Source: Nemertoderma westbladi
Taxonomy: Eukaryota; Animalia; Xenacoelomorpha
Direction of reading: 5' to 3'
Assembly: GCA_032718475.1 (NCBI GenBank)
Contig: JAUCBJ010007946.1
Span: forward strand, 43,152-107,151
DNA: 64,000 nucleotides
Shown here: piece after piece, positions 52,401-64,000 of the stretch
How the letters are laid out: each line of letters opens with the position of its first letter
Numbering within the stretch: the stretch's first letter is position 1
The notes under the pieces: model-generated
What the model saw: the letters and a program-made list of their open reading frames with translations, nothing else
Databases searched by the model: none
Told to the model about the DNA's origin: nothing
Program-made: the position numbers and the translations under genes

Positions 52401-54188
52401 TTATTATATTTACGGGTTCCCAAACTAAAGGTTGGTTATTATTTACGGGTTCCCAAACTAAAGGTTAGTTATTATTTACGGGTTCCCAAACTAAAGGTTG
52501 GTTATTATTTACGGGTTCCCAAACTAAAGGTTGGTTATTATTTACGGGTTCCCAAACTAAAGGTTAGTTATTATTTACGGGTTCCCAAACTAAAGGTTAG
52601 TTATTATTTACGGGTTCCCAAACTAAAGTTTGGTTATTATTTACGGGTTCCCAAACTAAAGGTTGGTTATTATTTACGGGTTCCCAAACTAAAGTTTGGT
52701 TATTATTTACGGGTTCCCAAACTAAAGGTTAGTTATTATTTACGGGTTCCCAAACTAAAGGTTAGTTATTATTTACGGGTTCCCAAACTAAAGGTTAGTT
52801 ATTATTTACGGGTTCCCAAACTAAAGGTTGGTTATTATTTACGGGTTCCCAAACTAAAGGTTGGTTATTATTTACGGGTTCCCAAACTAAAGGTTAGTTA
52901 TTATTTACGGGTTCCCAAACTAAAGGTTAGTTATTATTTACGGGTTCCCAAACTAAAGGTTAGTTATTATATTTACGGGTTCCCAAACTAAAGGTTGGTT
53001 ATTATATTTACGGGTTCCCAAACTAAAGGTTGGTTATTATTTACGGGTTCCCAAACTAAAGGTTGGTTATTATTTACGGGTTCCCAAACTATAGGTTGGT
53101 TATTATTTACGGGTTCCCAAACTAAAGGTTGGTTATTATTTACGGGTTCCCAAGTTTGGTTATTATTTACGGGTTCCCAAACTAAAGGTTACTTATTATT
53201 TACGGGTTCCCAAACTAAAGGTTGGTTATTATTTACGGGTTCCCAAACTAAAGGTTGGTTATTATTTACGGGTTCCCAAACTAAAGGTTGGTTATTATTT
53301 ACGGGTTCCCAAACTAAAGGTTAGTTATTATTTACGGGTTCCCAAACTAAAGGTTAGTTATTATTTACGGGTTCCCAAACTAAAGGTTAGTTATTATATT
53401 TACGGGTTCCCAAACTAAAGGTTGGTTATTATATTTACGGGTTCCCAAACTAAAGGTTGGTTATTATTTACGGGTTCCCAAACTAAAGGTTGGTTATTAT
53501 ATTTACGGGTTCCCAAACTAAAGGTTGGTTATTATTTACGGGTTCCCAAACTAAAGGTTGGGTATTATTTACGGGTTCCCAAACTATAGGTTGGTTATTA
53601 TTTACGGGTTCCCAAACTAAAGGTTAGTTATTATTTACGGGTTCCCAAACTAAAGGTTGGTTATTATTTACGGGTTCCCAAACTAAAGGTTGGTTATTAT
53701 TTACGGGTTCCCAAACTAAAGGTTAGTTATTATTTACGGGTTCCCAAACTAAAGGTTAGTTATTATATTTACGGGTTCCCAAACTAAAGGTTGGTTATTA
53801 TATTTACGGGTTCCCAAACTAAAGGTTAGTTATTATTTACGGGTTCCCAAACTAAAGGTTAGTTATTATTTACGGGTTCCCAAACTAAAGGTTGGTTATT
53901 ATTTACGGGTTCCCAAACTATAGGTTGGTTATTATTTACGGGTTCCCAAACTAAAGGTTAGTTATTATTTACGGGTTCCCAAACTAAAGTTTGGTTATTA
54001 TTTACGGGTTCCCAAACTAAAGGTTAGTTATTATTTACGGGTTCCCAAACTAAAGGTTAGTTATTATATTTACGGGTTCCCAAACTAAAGTTTGGTTATT
54101 ATTTACGGGTTCCCAAACTAAAGTTTGGTTATTATTTACGGGTTCCCAAACTAAAGTTTGGTTATTATTTACGGGTTCCCAAACTAAA

Positions 54189-57100
54189 AGGTGTGGTTCA
54201 AACTGGTAACTCCTCAAGTGTAGGTGTATGTGTGAAGGAACTCCTACAGGTGGGGATCTAACTGGAAAACTCCTCAAGTGTAGGTGTATGTGTGAAGGAA
54301 CTCCTACAGGTGGGGTTCAAACTGGTAACTCCTCAAGTGTAGGTGTATGTGTGAAGGAACACCTACAGGTTGGGATCTAACTGGAAAACTCCTCAAGTGT
54401 AGGTGTATGTGTGAAGGAACAGCTACAGGTGGGGTTCAAACTGGTAACTCCTCAAGTGTAGGTGTATGTGTGAAGGAACTCTTACAGGTGGGGATCTAAC
54501 TGGTAACTCCACAAGTGTAGGTGTATGTGTGAAGGAACTCTTACAGGTGGGGATCTAACTGGTAACTCCTCAAGTGTAGGTGTATGTGTGAAGGAACTCC
54601 TACAGGTGGGGATCTAACTGGTAACTCCTCAAGTGTAGGTGTATGTGTGAAGGAACTCCTACAGGTGGGGATCAAACTGGTAACTCCTCAAGTGTATGTG
54701 TATGTGTGAAGGAACACCTACAGGTGGGGTTCAAACTGGTAACTCCTCAAGTGTATGTGTATGTGTGAAGGAACTCTTACAGGTGGGGATCTAACTGGTA
54801 ACTCCTCAAGTGTAGGTGTATGTGTGAAGGAACTCTTACAGGTGGGGATCTAACTGGTAACTCCTCAAGTGTAGGTGTATGTGTGAAGGAACTCTTACAG
54901 GTGGGGATCTAACTGGTAACTCCTCAAGTGTAGGTGTATGTGTGAAGGAACTCTTACAGGTGGGGATCTAACTGGTAACTCCTCAAGTGTAGGTGTATGT
55001 GTGAAGGAACTCCTACAGGTGGGGATCTAACTGGTAACTCCTCAAGTGTAGGTGTATGTGTGAAGGAACTCCTACAGGTGGGGATCAAACTGGTAACTCC
55101 TCAAGTGTATGTGTATGTGTGAAGGAACACCTACAGGTGGGGTTCAAACTGGTAACTCCTCAAGTGTATGTGTATGTGTGAAGGAACACCTACAGGTGGG
55201 GTTCAAACTGGTAACTCCTCAAGTGTATGTGTATGTGTGAAGGAACTCTTACAGGTGGGGATCTAACTGGTAACTCCTCAAGTGTAGGTGTATGTGTGAA
55301 GGAACTCTTACAGGTGGGGATCTAACTGGTAACTCCACAAGTGTAGGTGTATGTGTGAAGGAACTCTTACAGGTGGGGATCTAACTGGTAACTCCTCAAG
55401 TGTAGGTGTATGTGTGAAGGAACTCCTACAGGTGGGGATCTAACTGGTAACTCCTCAAGTGTAGGTGTATGTGTGAAGGAACTCCTACAGGTGGGGATCA
55501 AACTGGTAACTCCTCAAGTGTATGTGTATGTGTGAAGGAACACCTACAGGTGGGGTTCAAACTGGTAACTCCTCAAGTGTAGGTGTATGTGTGAAGGAAC
55601 ACCTACAGGTGGGGTTCAAACTGGTAACTCCTCAAGTGTAGGTGTATGTGTGAAGGAACTCCTACAGGTGGGGATCTAACTGGTAACTCCACAAGTGTAG
55701 GTTTATGTGTGAAGGAACTCCTACAGGTGGGGTTCAAACTGGTAACTCCTCAAGTGTAGGTATATGTGTGAAGGAACTCCTACAGGTGGGGATCTAACTG
55801 GAAACTCCTCAAGTGTAGGTTTATGTGTGAAGGAACACCTACTGGTGGGATCAAACTGGTAACTCCTCAAGTGTAGGTGTATGTGTGAAGGAAGGAACAC
55901 CTACAGGTGGGTATCAAACTGGTAACTCCTCAAGTGTAGGTGTATGTGTGAAGGAACTCCTACAGGTGGGGATCTAACTGGTAACTCCTCAAGTGTAGGT
56001 GTATGTGTGAAGGAACTCCTACAGGTGGGGATCTAACTGGTAACTCCTCAAGTGTAGGTGTATGTGTGAAGGAATTCCTACAGGTGGGGATCTAACTGGT
56101 AACTCCTCAAGTGTATGTGTATGTGTGAAGGAACACCTACAGATGGGGTTCAAACTGGTAACTCCTCAAGTGTAGGTGTATGTGTGAAGGAACACCTACA
56201 GGTGGGGTTCAAACTGGTAACTCCTCAAGTGTAGGTGTATGTGTGAAGGAACACCTACATGTGGGGTTCAAACTGGTAACTCCTCAAGTGTAGGTGTATG
56301 TGTGAAGGAACTCCTACAGGTGGGGATCTAACTGGTAACTCCACAAGTGTAGGTGTATGAGTGAAGGAACTCCTACAGGTGGGGATCTAACTGGTAACTC
56401 CACAAGTGTAGGTGTATGTGTGAAGGAACTCCTACAGGTGGGGTTCAAACTGGTAACTCCTCACGTGTAGGTGTATGTGTGAAGGAACACCTACAGGTGG
56501 GGTTCAAACTGGTAACTCCTCAAGTGTAGGTGTATGTGTGAAGGAACTCCTACAGGTGGGGATCTAACTGGTAACTCTTCAAGTGTAGGTGTATGTGTGA
56601 AGGAACACCTACAGGTGGGGTTCAAACTGGTAACTCCTCAAGTGTGGGTGTATTTGTGAAGGAACACCTACAGGTTGGATCAAACTGGTAACTCCTCAAG
56701 TGTAGGTGTATGTGTGAAGGAACTCCTACAGGTGGGGATCTAACTGGTAACTCCTCAAGTGTAGGTGTATGTGTGAAGGAACTCCTACAGGTGGGGATCT
56801 AATTGGTAACTCCACAAGTGTAGGTGTATGTGTGAAGGAACTCCTACAGGTGGGTATCTAACTGGTACCTCCACAAGTGTAGGTGTATGTGTGAAGGAAC
56901 ACCTACAGGTGGGGTTCAAACTGGTAACTCCTCAGTGTAGGTGCATGTGTGAAGGAACTCCTACAGGTGGGGATCTAACTGGTAACTCCACAAGTGTAGG
57001 TGTATGTGTGAAGGAACTCCTACAGGTGGGTATCTAACTGGTACCTCCACAAGTGTAGGTGTATGTGTGAAGGAACTCCTACAGGTGGGTATCTAACTGG

Positions 57101-59419
57101 TAACTCCACAAGTGTAGGTGTATGTGTGAAGGAACTCCTACAGGTGGGGATCTAACTGGTAACTCCTCAAGTGTAGGTGTATGTGTGAAGGAACTCCTAC
57201 AGGTGGGGATCAAACTGGTAACTCCTCAAGTGTAGGTGTATGTGTGAAGGAACTCCTACAGGTGGGGATCTAACTGGTAACTCCACAAGTGTAGGTGTAT
57301 GTGTGAAGGAACTCCTACAGGTGGGGATCTAACTGGTAACTCCTCAAGTGTAGGTGTATGTGTGAAGGAACTCCTACAGGTGGGGATCAAACTGGTAACA
57401 CCTCAAGTGTAGGTGTATGTGTGAAGGAAGGAACATACAGGTGGGGATCTAACTGGTAACTCCTCAAGTGTAGGTGTATGTGTGAAGGAACTCCTACAGG
57501 TGGGGTTCAAACTGGTAACTCCTCAAGTGTAGGTGTATGTGTGAAGGAACTCCTACAGGTGGGGATCTAACTGGTAACTCCTCAAGTGTAGGTGTATGTG
57601 TGAAGGAACTCCTACAGGTGGGCCGGACTCCCTCAACTGGCTAACTCCCACAAGTGTAGGTGTATGTGTGAAGGAACACCTACAGGTGGGGATCTAACTG
57701 GTAACTCCTCAAGTGTAGGTGTATGTGTGAAGGAACTCCTACAGGTGGGGTTCAAACTGGTAACTCCTCAAGTGTAGGTGTATGTGTGAAGGAACTCCTA
57801 CAGGTGGGGATCTAACTGGTAACTCCTCAAGTGTAGGTGTATGTGTGAAGGAACTCCTACAGGTGGGGATCTAACTGGTAACTCCTCAAGTGTAGGTGTA
57901 TGTGTGAAGGAACAGCTACAGGTGGGGTTCAAACTGGTAACACCTCAAGTGTAGGTGTATGTGTGAAGGAACCCCTACAGGTGGGGATCAAACTGGTAAC
58001 TCCTCAAGTGTAGGTGTATGTGTGAAGGAACTCCTACAGGTGGGGATCAAACTGGTAACTCCTCAAGTGTAGGTGTATGTGTGAAGGAACTCCTACAGGT
58101 GGGGTTCAAACTGGTAACTCCTCAAGTGTAGGTGTATGTGTGAAGGAACCCCTACAGGTGGGGATCAAACTGGTAACTCCTCAAGTGTAGGTGTATGTGT
58201 GAAGGAACTCCTACAGGTGGGGATCTAACTGGTAACTCCTCAAGTGTAGGTGTATGTGTGAAGGAACTCCTACAGGTGGGGATCTAACTGGTAACTCCTC
58301 AAGTGTAGGTGTATGTGTGAAGGAACCCCTACAGGTGGGGATCAAACTGGTAACTCCTCAAGTGTAGGTGTATGTGTGAAGGAACTCCTACAGGTGGGGA
58401 TCTAACTGGTAACTCCTCAAGTGTAGGTGTATGTGTGAAGGAACTCCTACAGGTGGGGATCTAACTGGTAACTCCTCAAGTGTAGGTGTATGTGTGAAGG
58501 AACACCTACAGGTGGGGATCAAACTGGTAACTCCTCAAGTGTAGGTGTATGTGTGAAGGAACTCCTACAGGTGGGGTTCAAACTGGTAACTCCACAAGTG
58601 TGGGTGTATGTGTGAAGGAACAGCTACAGGTGGGGATCAAACTGGTAACTCCTCAAGTGTAGGTGTATGTGTGAAGGAAGGAACAACAGGTGGGGATCTA
58701 ACTGGTAACTCCACAAGTGTACGTGTATGTGTGAAGGAAGGAACTCCTACAGGTGGGGATCTAACTGGTAACTCCTTCAAGTGTAGGTGTACGTGTGAAG
58801 GAACTCCTACAGGTGGGGATCTAACTGGTAACTCCTCAAGTGTAGGTGTATGTGTGAAGGAACTCCTACAGGTGGGGATCAAACTGGTAACTCCTCACGT
58901 GTAGGTGTATGTGTGAAGGAACACCTACAGGTGGGGATCTAACTGGTAACTCCACAAGTGTAGGTGTATGTGTGAAGGAACTCCTACAGGTGGGGATCTA
59001 ACTGGTAACTCCACAAGTGTAGGTGTATGTGTGAAGGAACACCTACAGGTGGGGTTCAAACTGGTAACTCCTCAAGTGTGGGTGTATGTGTGAAGGAACA
59101 CCTACAGGTGGGGATCAAACTGGTAACTCCTCAAGTGTAGGTGTATGTGTGAAGGAACTCCTACAGGTGGGGATCTAACTGGTAACTCCTCAAGTGTAGG
59201 TGTATGTGTGAAGGAAGCACCTACAGGTGGGGATCTAACTGGTAACTCCACAAGTGTAGGTGTATGTGTGAAGGAACTCCTACAGGTGGGGATCTAACTG
59301 GTAACTCCTCAAGTGTAGGTGTATGTGTGAAGGAAGGAACACCTACAGGTGGGGTTCTAACTGGTAACTCCTCAAGTGTAGGTGTATGTGTGAAGGAACT
59401 CCTACAGGTGGGGATCCAA
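54189..59419 (+). repeat. 59-bp satellite (about 88 copies) AGGTGGGGATCTAACTGGTAACTCCTCAAGTGTAGGTGTATGTGTGAAGGAACTCCTAC
   Basis: Direct periodicity, abutting the 33-bp array with no spacer. Confidence 0.95.
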
Positions 59420-60076
59420 CGGCAATTAAACCGTTTCTAATCTTCAAAAAGATCTAAAGAAAATCTTCTAATCTTTTTCAAAATATGTTAGGCCTACTTT
59501 ACTACTTGTCGCTTCTTTCATTAATTTATTTTTATTTATATATATATATTATATTATATATTTTATTTTAATTTATAATAATTTTAATTTAATTTATAAT
59601 AATAATAATTTATTAATTTAATTAATTAATTTTCTGGAAGCTAAATTCCCTCTCCTCTCCGTCGCACTATTGAAACCAGTCGCTATTTTAATGTTGTCCA
59701 ACATTATTGTGCAATTATATTCCTTTTGTCTTTTTCATCTGGCCTATTACAGTATTATGTTAATACTAATTTAGTTTAATAAAAGTATCCCTTATCCTTC
59801 TTAAATTTAAAATCTAGCTGGCGCAAGGCAATTCAGTTTTCAAGTACTATTCAATTTTCAAGTTATACTTATGATTATTTATATTTATTTATACCCGTAC
59901 TGTATTTGCTGTTTCTATAATTTGAACTGTGTTACCGGTATTACTTTGTTATAGAATCTGTGTCAATTTCATTAATTTGAATGTCAAATTAAACGTACCA
60001 ACTAATTTAAAAGTTAAATTAAATCTATAATAATTTTTCTCATCGATCCATATGAATTGTACAAATTGTATTTCAG

Positions 60077-60237
60077 GCTGTGTTTGATTGCGTTGTTGAA
60101 GCTGTTAGAAATGTTTCCAATATATTGGTTGTCTACTTACTATTTCATTTTATATTTTCCGTGATCGGCGTTCAACTTTTCCAAGGAAAATTCTTCTATT
60201 GCACAGATTCAACACAATTAACAAAGGAGACTTGCCA
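60077..60237 (+). CDS. Cav2: Cav2 exon, IIIS5 ([44 protein letters not shown])
   Basis: tttcag acceptor, gtaagt donor. Confidence 0.93.
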
Positions 60238-60562
60238 GTAAGTTCAATTAAATTTGCAGCGTTTTTTATTGATTCCATCATAATAATTTAAGCATTAAAT
60301 CATACAATTAATCTTATTAACCTTGTTTACTACGACAAGTAGTTTTATATACACAATTTTAAACAAATTAATTTATTTTATTAATAATCAAGATGTAACG
60401 TTTATAATAATAAAGTTAATAATTTAAGTCAAATTCGAAACGATTGTAATTATTATCACATTGGTTGTATAATTTTGAGACCACGGTGTATTAAGAGAGA
60501 AAGTTATTTTGCAATTATATTATTAGTATCTGTTGATAAGATTTCTCCGATTATATTTCTAG

Positions 60563-60700
60563 AGGCGAGTTTATAACGATGGTTGACGGTGAATACCAAA
60601 GTGTTGATCGGGAATGGGAGAAGTGGAATTTCCATTTCGACAACACAGCGGAATCAATGTTAACCTTGTTTACAGTCACTACAGGGGAGGGATGGCCAGA
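60563..60700 (+). CDS. Cav2: Cav2 exon, domain III pore loop (FHFDNTAESMLTLFTVTTGEGWP)
   Basis: ttctag acceptor, gttagt donor; TGEGW filter motif. Confidence 0.93.
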
Positions 60701-61081
60701 GTTAGTACAGAAGATAATTTATATCACACGAGTTTATAAAGTTACACATTTTAACACGAAACGGGGTATAAACCCGATGAAAGGGTATAACTCTCCATTT
60801 TACAATTCTGTGTTTTGAAAAATATAACAAGTCCACTTTAATTCTGAAATGGGCTTAGTTGATGAGTCCTACGTCAGGAACGCTACGCCTCTACCGGCGT
60901 AACTTGGGCTTCTTAAACAAGAAGCCCAAATTATTATCATATATATTATCATATTTTTAACATATTGGAGAAATTCTACAGCCTTATGAAAATAACTAAT
61001 TTCTTTAATTGTTCATTTACATACTTTGTATTGTTGAAATACTTCTGCAGTACTAACTCTAACATATTTTTTTTATTACAG

Positions 61082-61280
61082 AATTCTGCAGCACAGTATT
61101 GATGCGACGAACGTGAATGAAGGCCCCATACCTTACTATTCTGTGCAGCACTCACTGTTCTATATCGTGTTCTTCGTTGTCTTTCCTTTCTTCTTTGTAA
61201 ACATATTCGTTGCTCTGATAATATTAACATTTCAAGAGGAAGGAGAAATAGATCTCGTTGGTGATTTTGATAAAAATGTG
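61082..61280 (+). CDS. Cav2: Cav2 exon, IIIS6 ([32 protein letters not shown])
   Basis: ttacag acceptor, gtatgt donor. Confidence 0.93.
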
Positions 61281-61935
61281 GTATGTTTATTTCATAGTTT
61301 ATTTCAATTCACAGGTCCGATGGAGGTAGAAAATTCATATTAGTAATAAATTATGGAAATTAAGGATTAATTTTGGAGCAGTCTGCTTTTATAGGCCTAG
61401 TGTGATATTTTGTAAACTCCAAGAAGACCCAATTTTGACAGTTAACATCGACAGTCCTCAGTAAATATCTGATCGTATGAGCATAAGCTCTAAGTATGGC
61501 TTACTTGAGCATTTGGATGAGCTACTGCTTGGGATCATGGATCCGGAAGTCAGGTGAAGAGCTTCGGATACATAAGGGGAAGGCATTGAATAATCTGTCC
61601 AGTATTTGGAAGTCTCGCAGATCTCAAGCACCTCAAGGTTCGATTATTTAGGGCAGCAGTAAGGCCAGTACTCCTACAATTACGCATATATTTTATGTCA
61701 ATTCATATGAAATCCAGTCTGACCCTTTTACCTGTTTCACTTAATCGAATAATTATCATGGCTCTTTTAATGAAACATTATTTTTATCTATTATATTGTT
61801 GTGCCGGCACAATAATGATAGAAGAGCGAAAAATGAGATATGTTTCGGAGTGTCTGAAGAATACAACAATTTTTACTTCAGTATCTTACATAATTTTGAC
61901 TATTTATTGCTTAAATATTATTTATAATTATTTAG

Positions 61936-62100
61936 GCATCTTGTATCTCCTATTGTTGGTCAGCCAAGCCTATAGACAAGCACATGCCAAATGATCGGGA
62001 TTCATTCTGCTACAGAGTTTGGAAGATTGTTATTTCCGATGCCTTCGAATATATTATAATGCTCTTCATTATTCTTAATACAATTGCGTTAATGGTTAAG
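61936..62100 (+). CDS. Cav2: Cav2 exon, III-IV linker and IVS1 (ASCISYCWSAKPIDKHMP...FEYIIMLFIILNTIALMVK)
   Basis: tttag acceptor, AAG|gttagc donor. Confidence 0.9.
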
Positions 62101-62154
62101 GTTAGCAACTCCTGCAATATAATTTAATTATGTTTCGCATTTAATTCAAAATTA

Positions 62155-62608
62155 TTAAGGGGGGGGGTACCCCCTCCTTGGGTAAAATTTTCACATTTTT
62201 GGTTTTCTATTTTATCTGATGCAGAATTTAATGGGGAGTTAAAATCTTGAAACAGTTTGGCGAGATCTTCTTTAGTTCTTGAGTTATTGCTGTCTTTCTG
62301 TCTATCAGTTTGTCCGTCAAAATTTAGAAGACAGACAGACAGACATATTAGATGCCACCAAACATTAAAACTGACATCAGAAATGAAATCACCGACCCCA
62401 AAAACTAGTAGTGTTTTCAGTGAAATATTTAATTCTGCCACTCGCCGCTAGAGGGAAACAAAAAAATTTAAAATTTTAATTTTTGTTGCTCTTTGGCCTT
62501 CCCCACGTTGGCTGAACACAACATAACAATGATATTGACCTGCAACACGAAGTTTGAGCTGTTTAATAAAAAACTCTCCTGAGGGGGTACCCCCCCCCCC
62601 CCTCCTTA
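62155..62608. mobile_element. Non-autonomous element with inverted ends and a (GACA)n core, possibly Helentron/HINE- or MITE-like
   Basis: TTAAG(G)nTACCCCCTC at 62155 versus GAGGGGGTA(C)n..CTTAA at 62581-62608; internal CTGTCT.../GACAGACAGACAGACA. Confidence 0.4.
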
Positions 62609-62632
62609 AGGGCCGCCATTTAAGAGCCTATA

Positions 62633-63946
62633 GGGGGGGGGGGGGGGTTGAATGGGTCTATTTTTTTTAGATGACGTTTTTGCTTTTGATCTTTCATTAT
62701 GAAATAAAAACATTATCTAACGTAACATTGTATTATTCTAGTTTCTGAATTTATAAGAATCGACAGTAGAGTACCATTCTATGGAAAGATATTTCAGTTT
62801 TTAAAAGTAATGAATCGTCGGGAAAAATGGGTCAAGTGTGGGGTTAAATGTGTCTATGTTGAATCTTTGGCAAAATTAGCTATATATTGTGGGATTTAAA
62901 GCGGGTTGAATGGGTCGTTGAAAAGCAGAACAAAATTTGCAAAAATTTGATATATAGATTGTATACATTTTAACTTATATTTTGTCAAAATGTAAGTTCA
63001 AAATATTAAATTTAATATTAGAATGTTCTCCTAAATAAGAGTCCTAAATATTATTTAAAAGTTCACGGCAGAAACAATCAAGTGGTAGCTCTTCTTCTCC
63101 GAAGGTGTTTATTTCAAAGCGAAACGTGCGTTGCACACGTTTAGTATCTCCTGCCGCAACTGGTATGTTTAACTTTCTCCTAATCTCCGAGAATGAATGA
63201 CAACCATACTCCGGTGGATCCGTTAGTACAACCGTAACACTAACTTCAATCTTGTTGCAAGCTTTTACACGCGATGCATAATGTACAGTAATCTCCATGT
63301 TATCATTATTTACCTCAATAACCTTAGAAACATAATTCTTTGACACTCCACGACTTCCGGCCACCTCGACTAACATCCAGTCCCCCACCATTAGGCTTGA
63401 AGTTAATTCCGCCAGTGTATGTTGCTTTTTAGTTCAAGTTTCCCTCTAAAATCAATTTCCATCGCTTACAGGGCCTATCGATCTGATCTACAGTGGCTTT
63501 AAATTCCCGTCAGTTTTTTTTTTAACATTTTACCCCACTCTAAAAATTCAGATAGACCCATTTTCCCCGTTTTACAAATTGATCGTTTCTCCTCGTTTAA
63601 AACGCTCCATGATACACTACTATATATGAAACGATAGCTTGGTAAATGGGGAATCTCAACAATCCATTCCTCAACGTCCCACACTAACCAGAACAAAGAA
63701 AATCGCTTAGCAAAATTGAGTGTTTTTTATGGCGGGAAAATAGATTTTTTTCACCAGCAATAATTAACATGAAGTAAATCTTCAAATGCTAACATATTAG
63801 AGGTCCATAAAAAGGAAATTAATTAGACTACTAGAAGCAATTAAATTATTGTGGTCATCGTAAGTATTTTTCGAAATATGACAGAAAATATCGAATAGAC
63901 CCATTCAGCCCCACGACCCATTCAACCCCCCCCCCCCCCCCCCCCC
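62633..63946 (-). mobile_element. Internally deleted cut-and-paste DNA transposon with a transposase C-terminal remnant (ORF 63044-63391)
   Basis: Terminal inverted repeats (G)nTTGAATGGGTC / GACCCATTCAA(C)n, both flanked by TA; internal copies of the repeat motif; ORF VGDWMLVEV...YVSKVIEV...IRRKLNIP resembles, from memory, the C-terminal domain of invertebrate DDE transposases. Confidence 0.65.
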
Positions 63947-64000
63947 TACCAGATTAAATTACAATACCAAATACTAAATTTAATGCATACAACAACTAAT

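Larger units (their letters stand above)
17264..54189 (+). repeat. 33-bp satellite (roughly 1,100 copies, about 37 kb): ACGGGTTCCCAAACTAAAG|GTTRGTTATTATTT, last 19 exon nt plus first 14 intron nt
   Basis: Direct periodicity beginning inside the IIIS4 exon; 35-bp and 23-bp length variants; copy number estimated from length. Confidence 0.97.
2098..62100 (+). other. Cav2: Partial multi-exon gene: voltage-gated Ca2+ channel alpha-1 subunit, Cav2 (P/Q/N/R, cacophony/UNC-2-like) family; I-II linker to IVS1
   Basis: 16 exons join in frame with GT-AG introns. Cav2-type motifs: [72 protein letters not shown]. Pore loops TGEDWN (domain II) and TGEGWP (domain III) keep the selectivity glutamates. Confidence 0.93.

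Noticed and set aside
17264-59419. CRISPR-like appearance of the 33-bp and 59-bp arrays, and their many small ORFs
   Set aside because: Head-to-tail repeats without unique spacers, no cas genes, eukaryotic intron context; the ORFs are repeat translations.
2098-62100. Assignment as Cav1 (L-type) or a sodium channel
   Set aside because: Glutamates in both visible pore loops and Cav2-type motifs ([45 protein letters not shown]) favour Cav2.

Overview
AT-rich eukaryotic (metazoan-like) genomic DNA. The + strand carries 16 phase-compatible GT-AG exons (about 2,468 nt, about 822 codons) of a voltage-gated calcium channel alpha-1 subunit of the Cav2 type, from the I-II linker to domain IV S1; the gene extends past both window edges. 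The introns are dominated by repeats, and two systems stand out. (1) A family of 370-412 bp tandem non-coding elements in which a tRNA-type Pol III promoter (A and B boxes) sits directly upstream of a minimal type I hammerhead ribozyme, like a retrozyme or Schistosoma Sm-alpha. It occurs at two loci with six intact ribozyme cores, and one insertion has a 12-bp target-site duplication (TSD) and an inverted end. (2) Three independent satellites (49, 26 and 33 bp units) whose monomer is a copy of the adjacent exon end plus 5' splice site. The 33-bp one spans about 37 kb and inflates a single intron to about 42.8 kb. Also present are 19-bp and 59-bp satellites, a solo LTR, nested inverted-repeat elements, a deleted DNA transposon and a degenerate hammerhead-like motif. 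The long ORFs in the ORF track over the repeats are artefacts. All coordinates were read by eye and no database searches were run.
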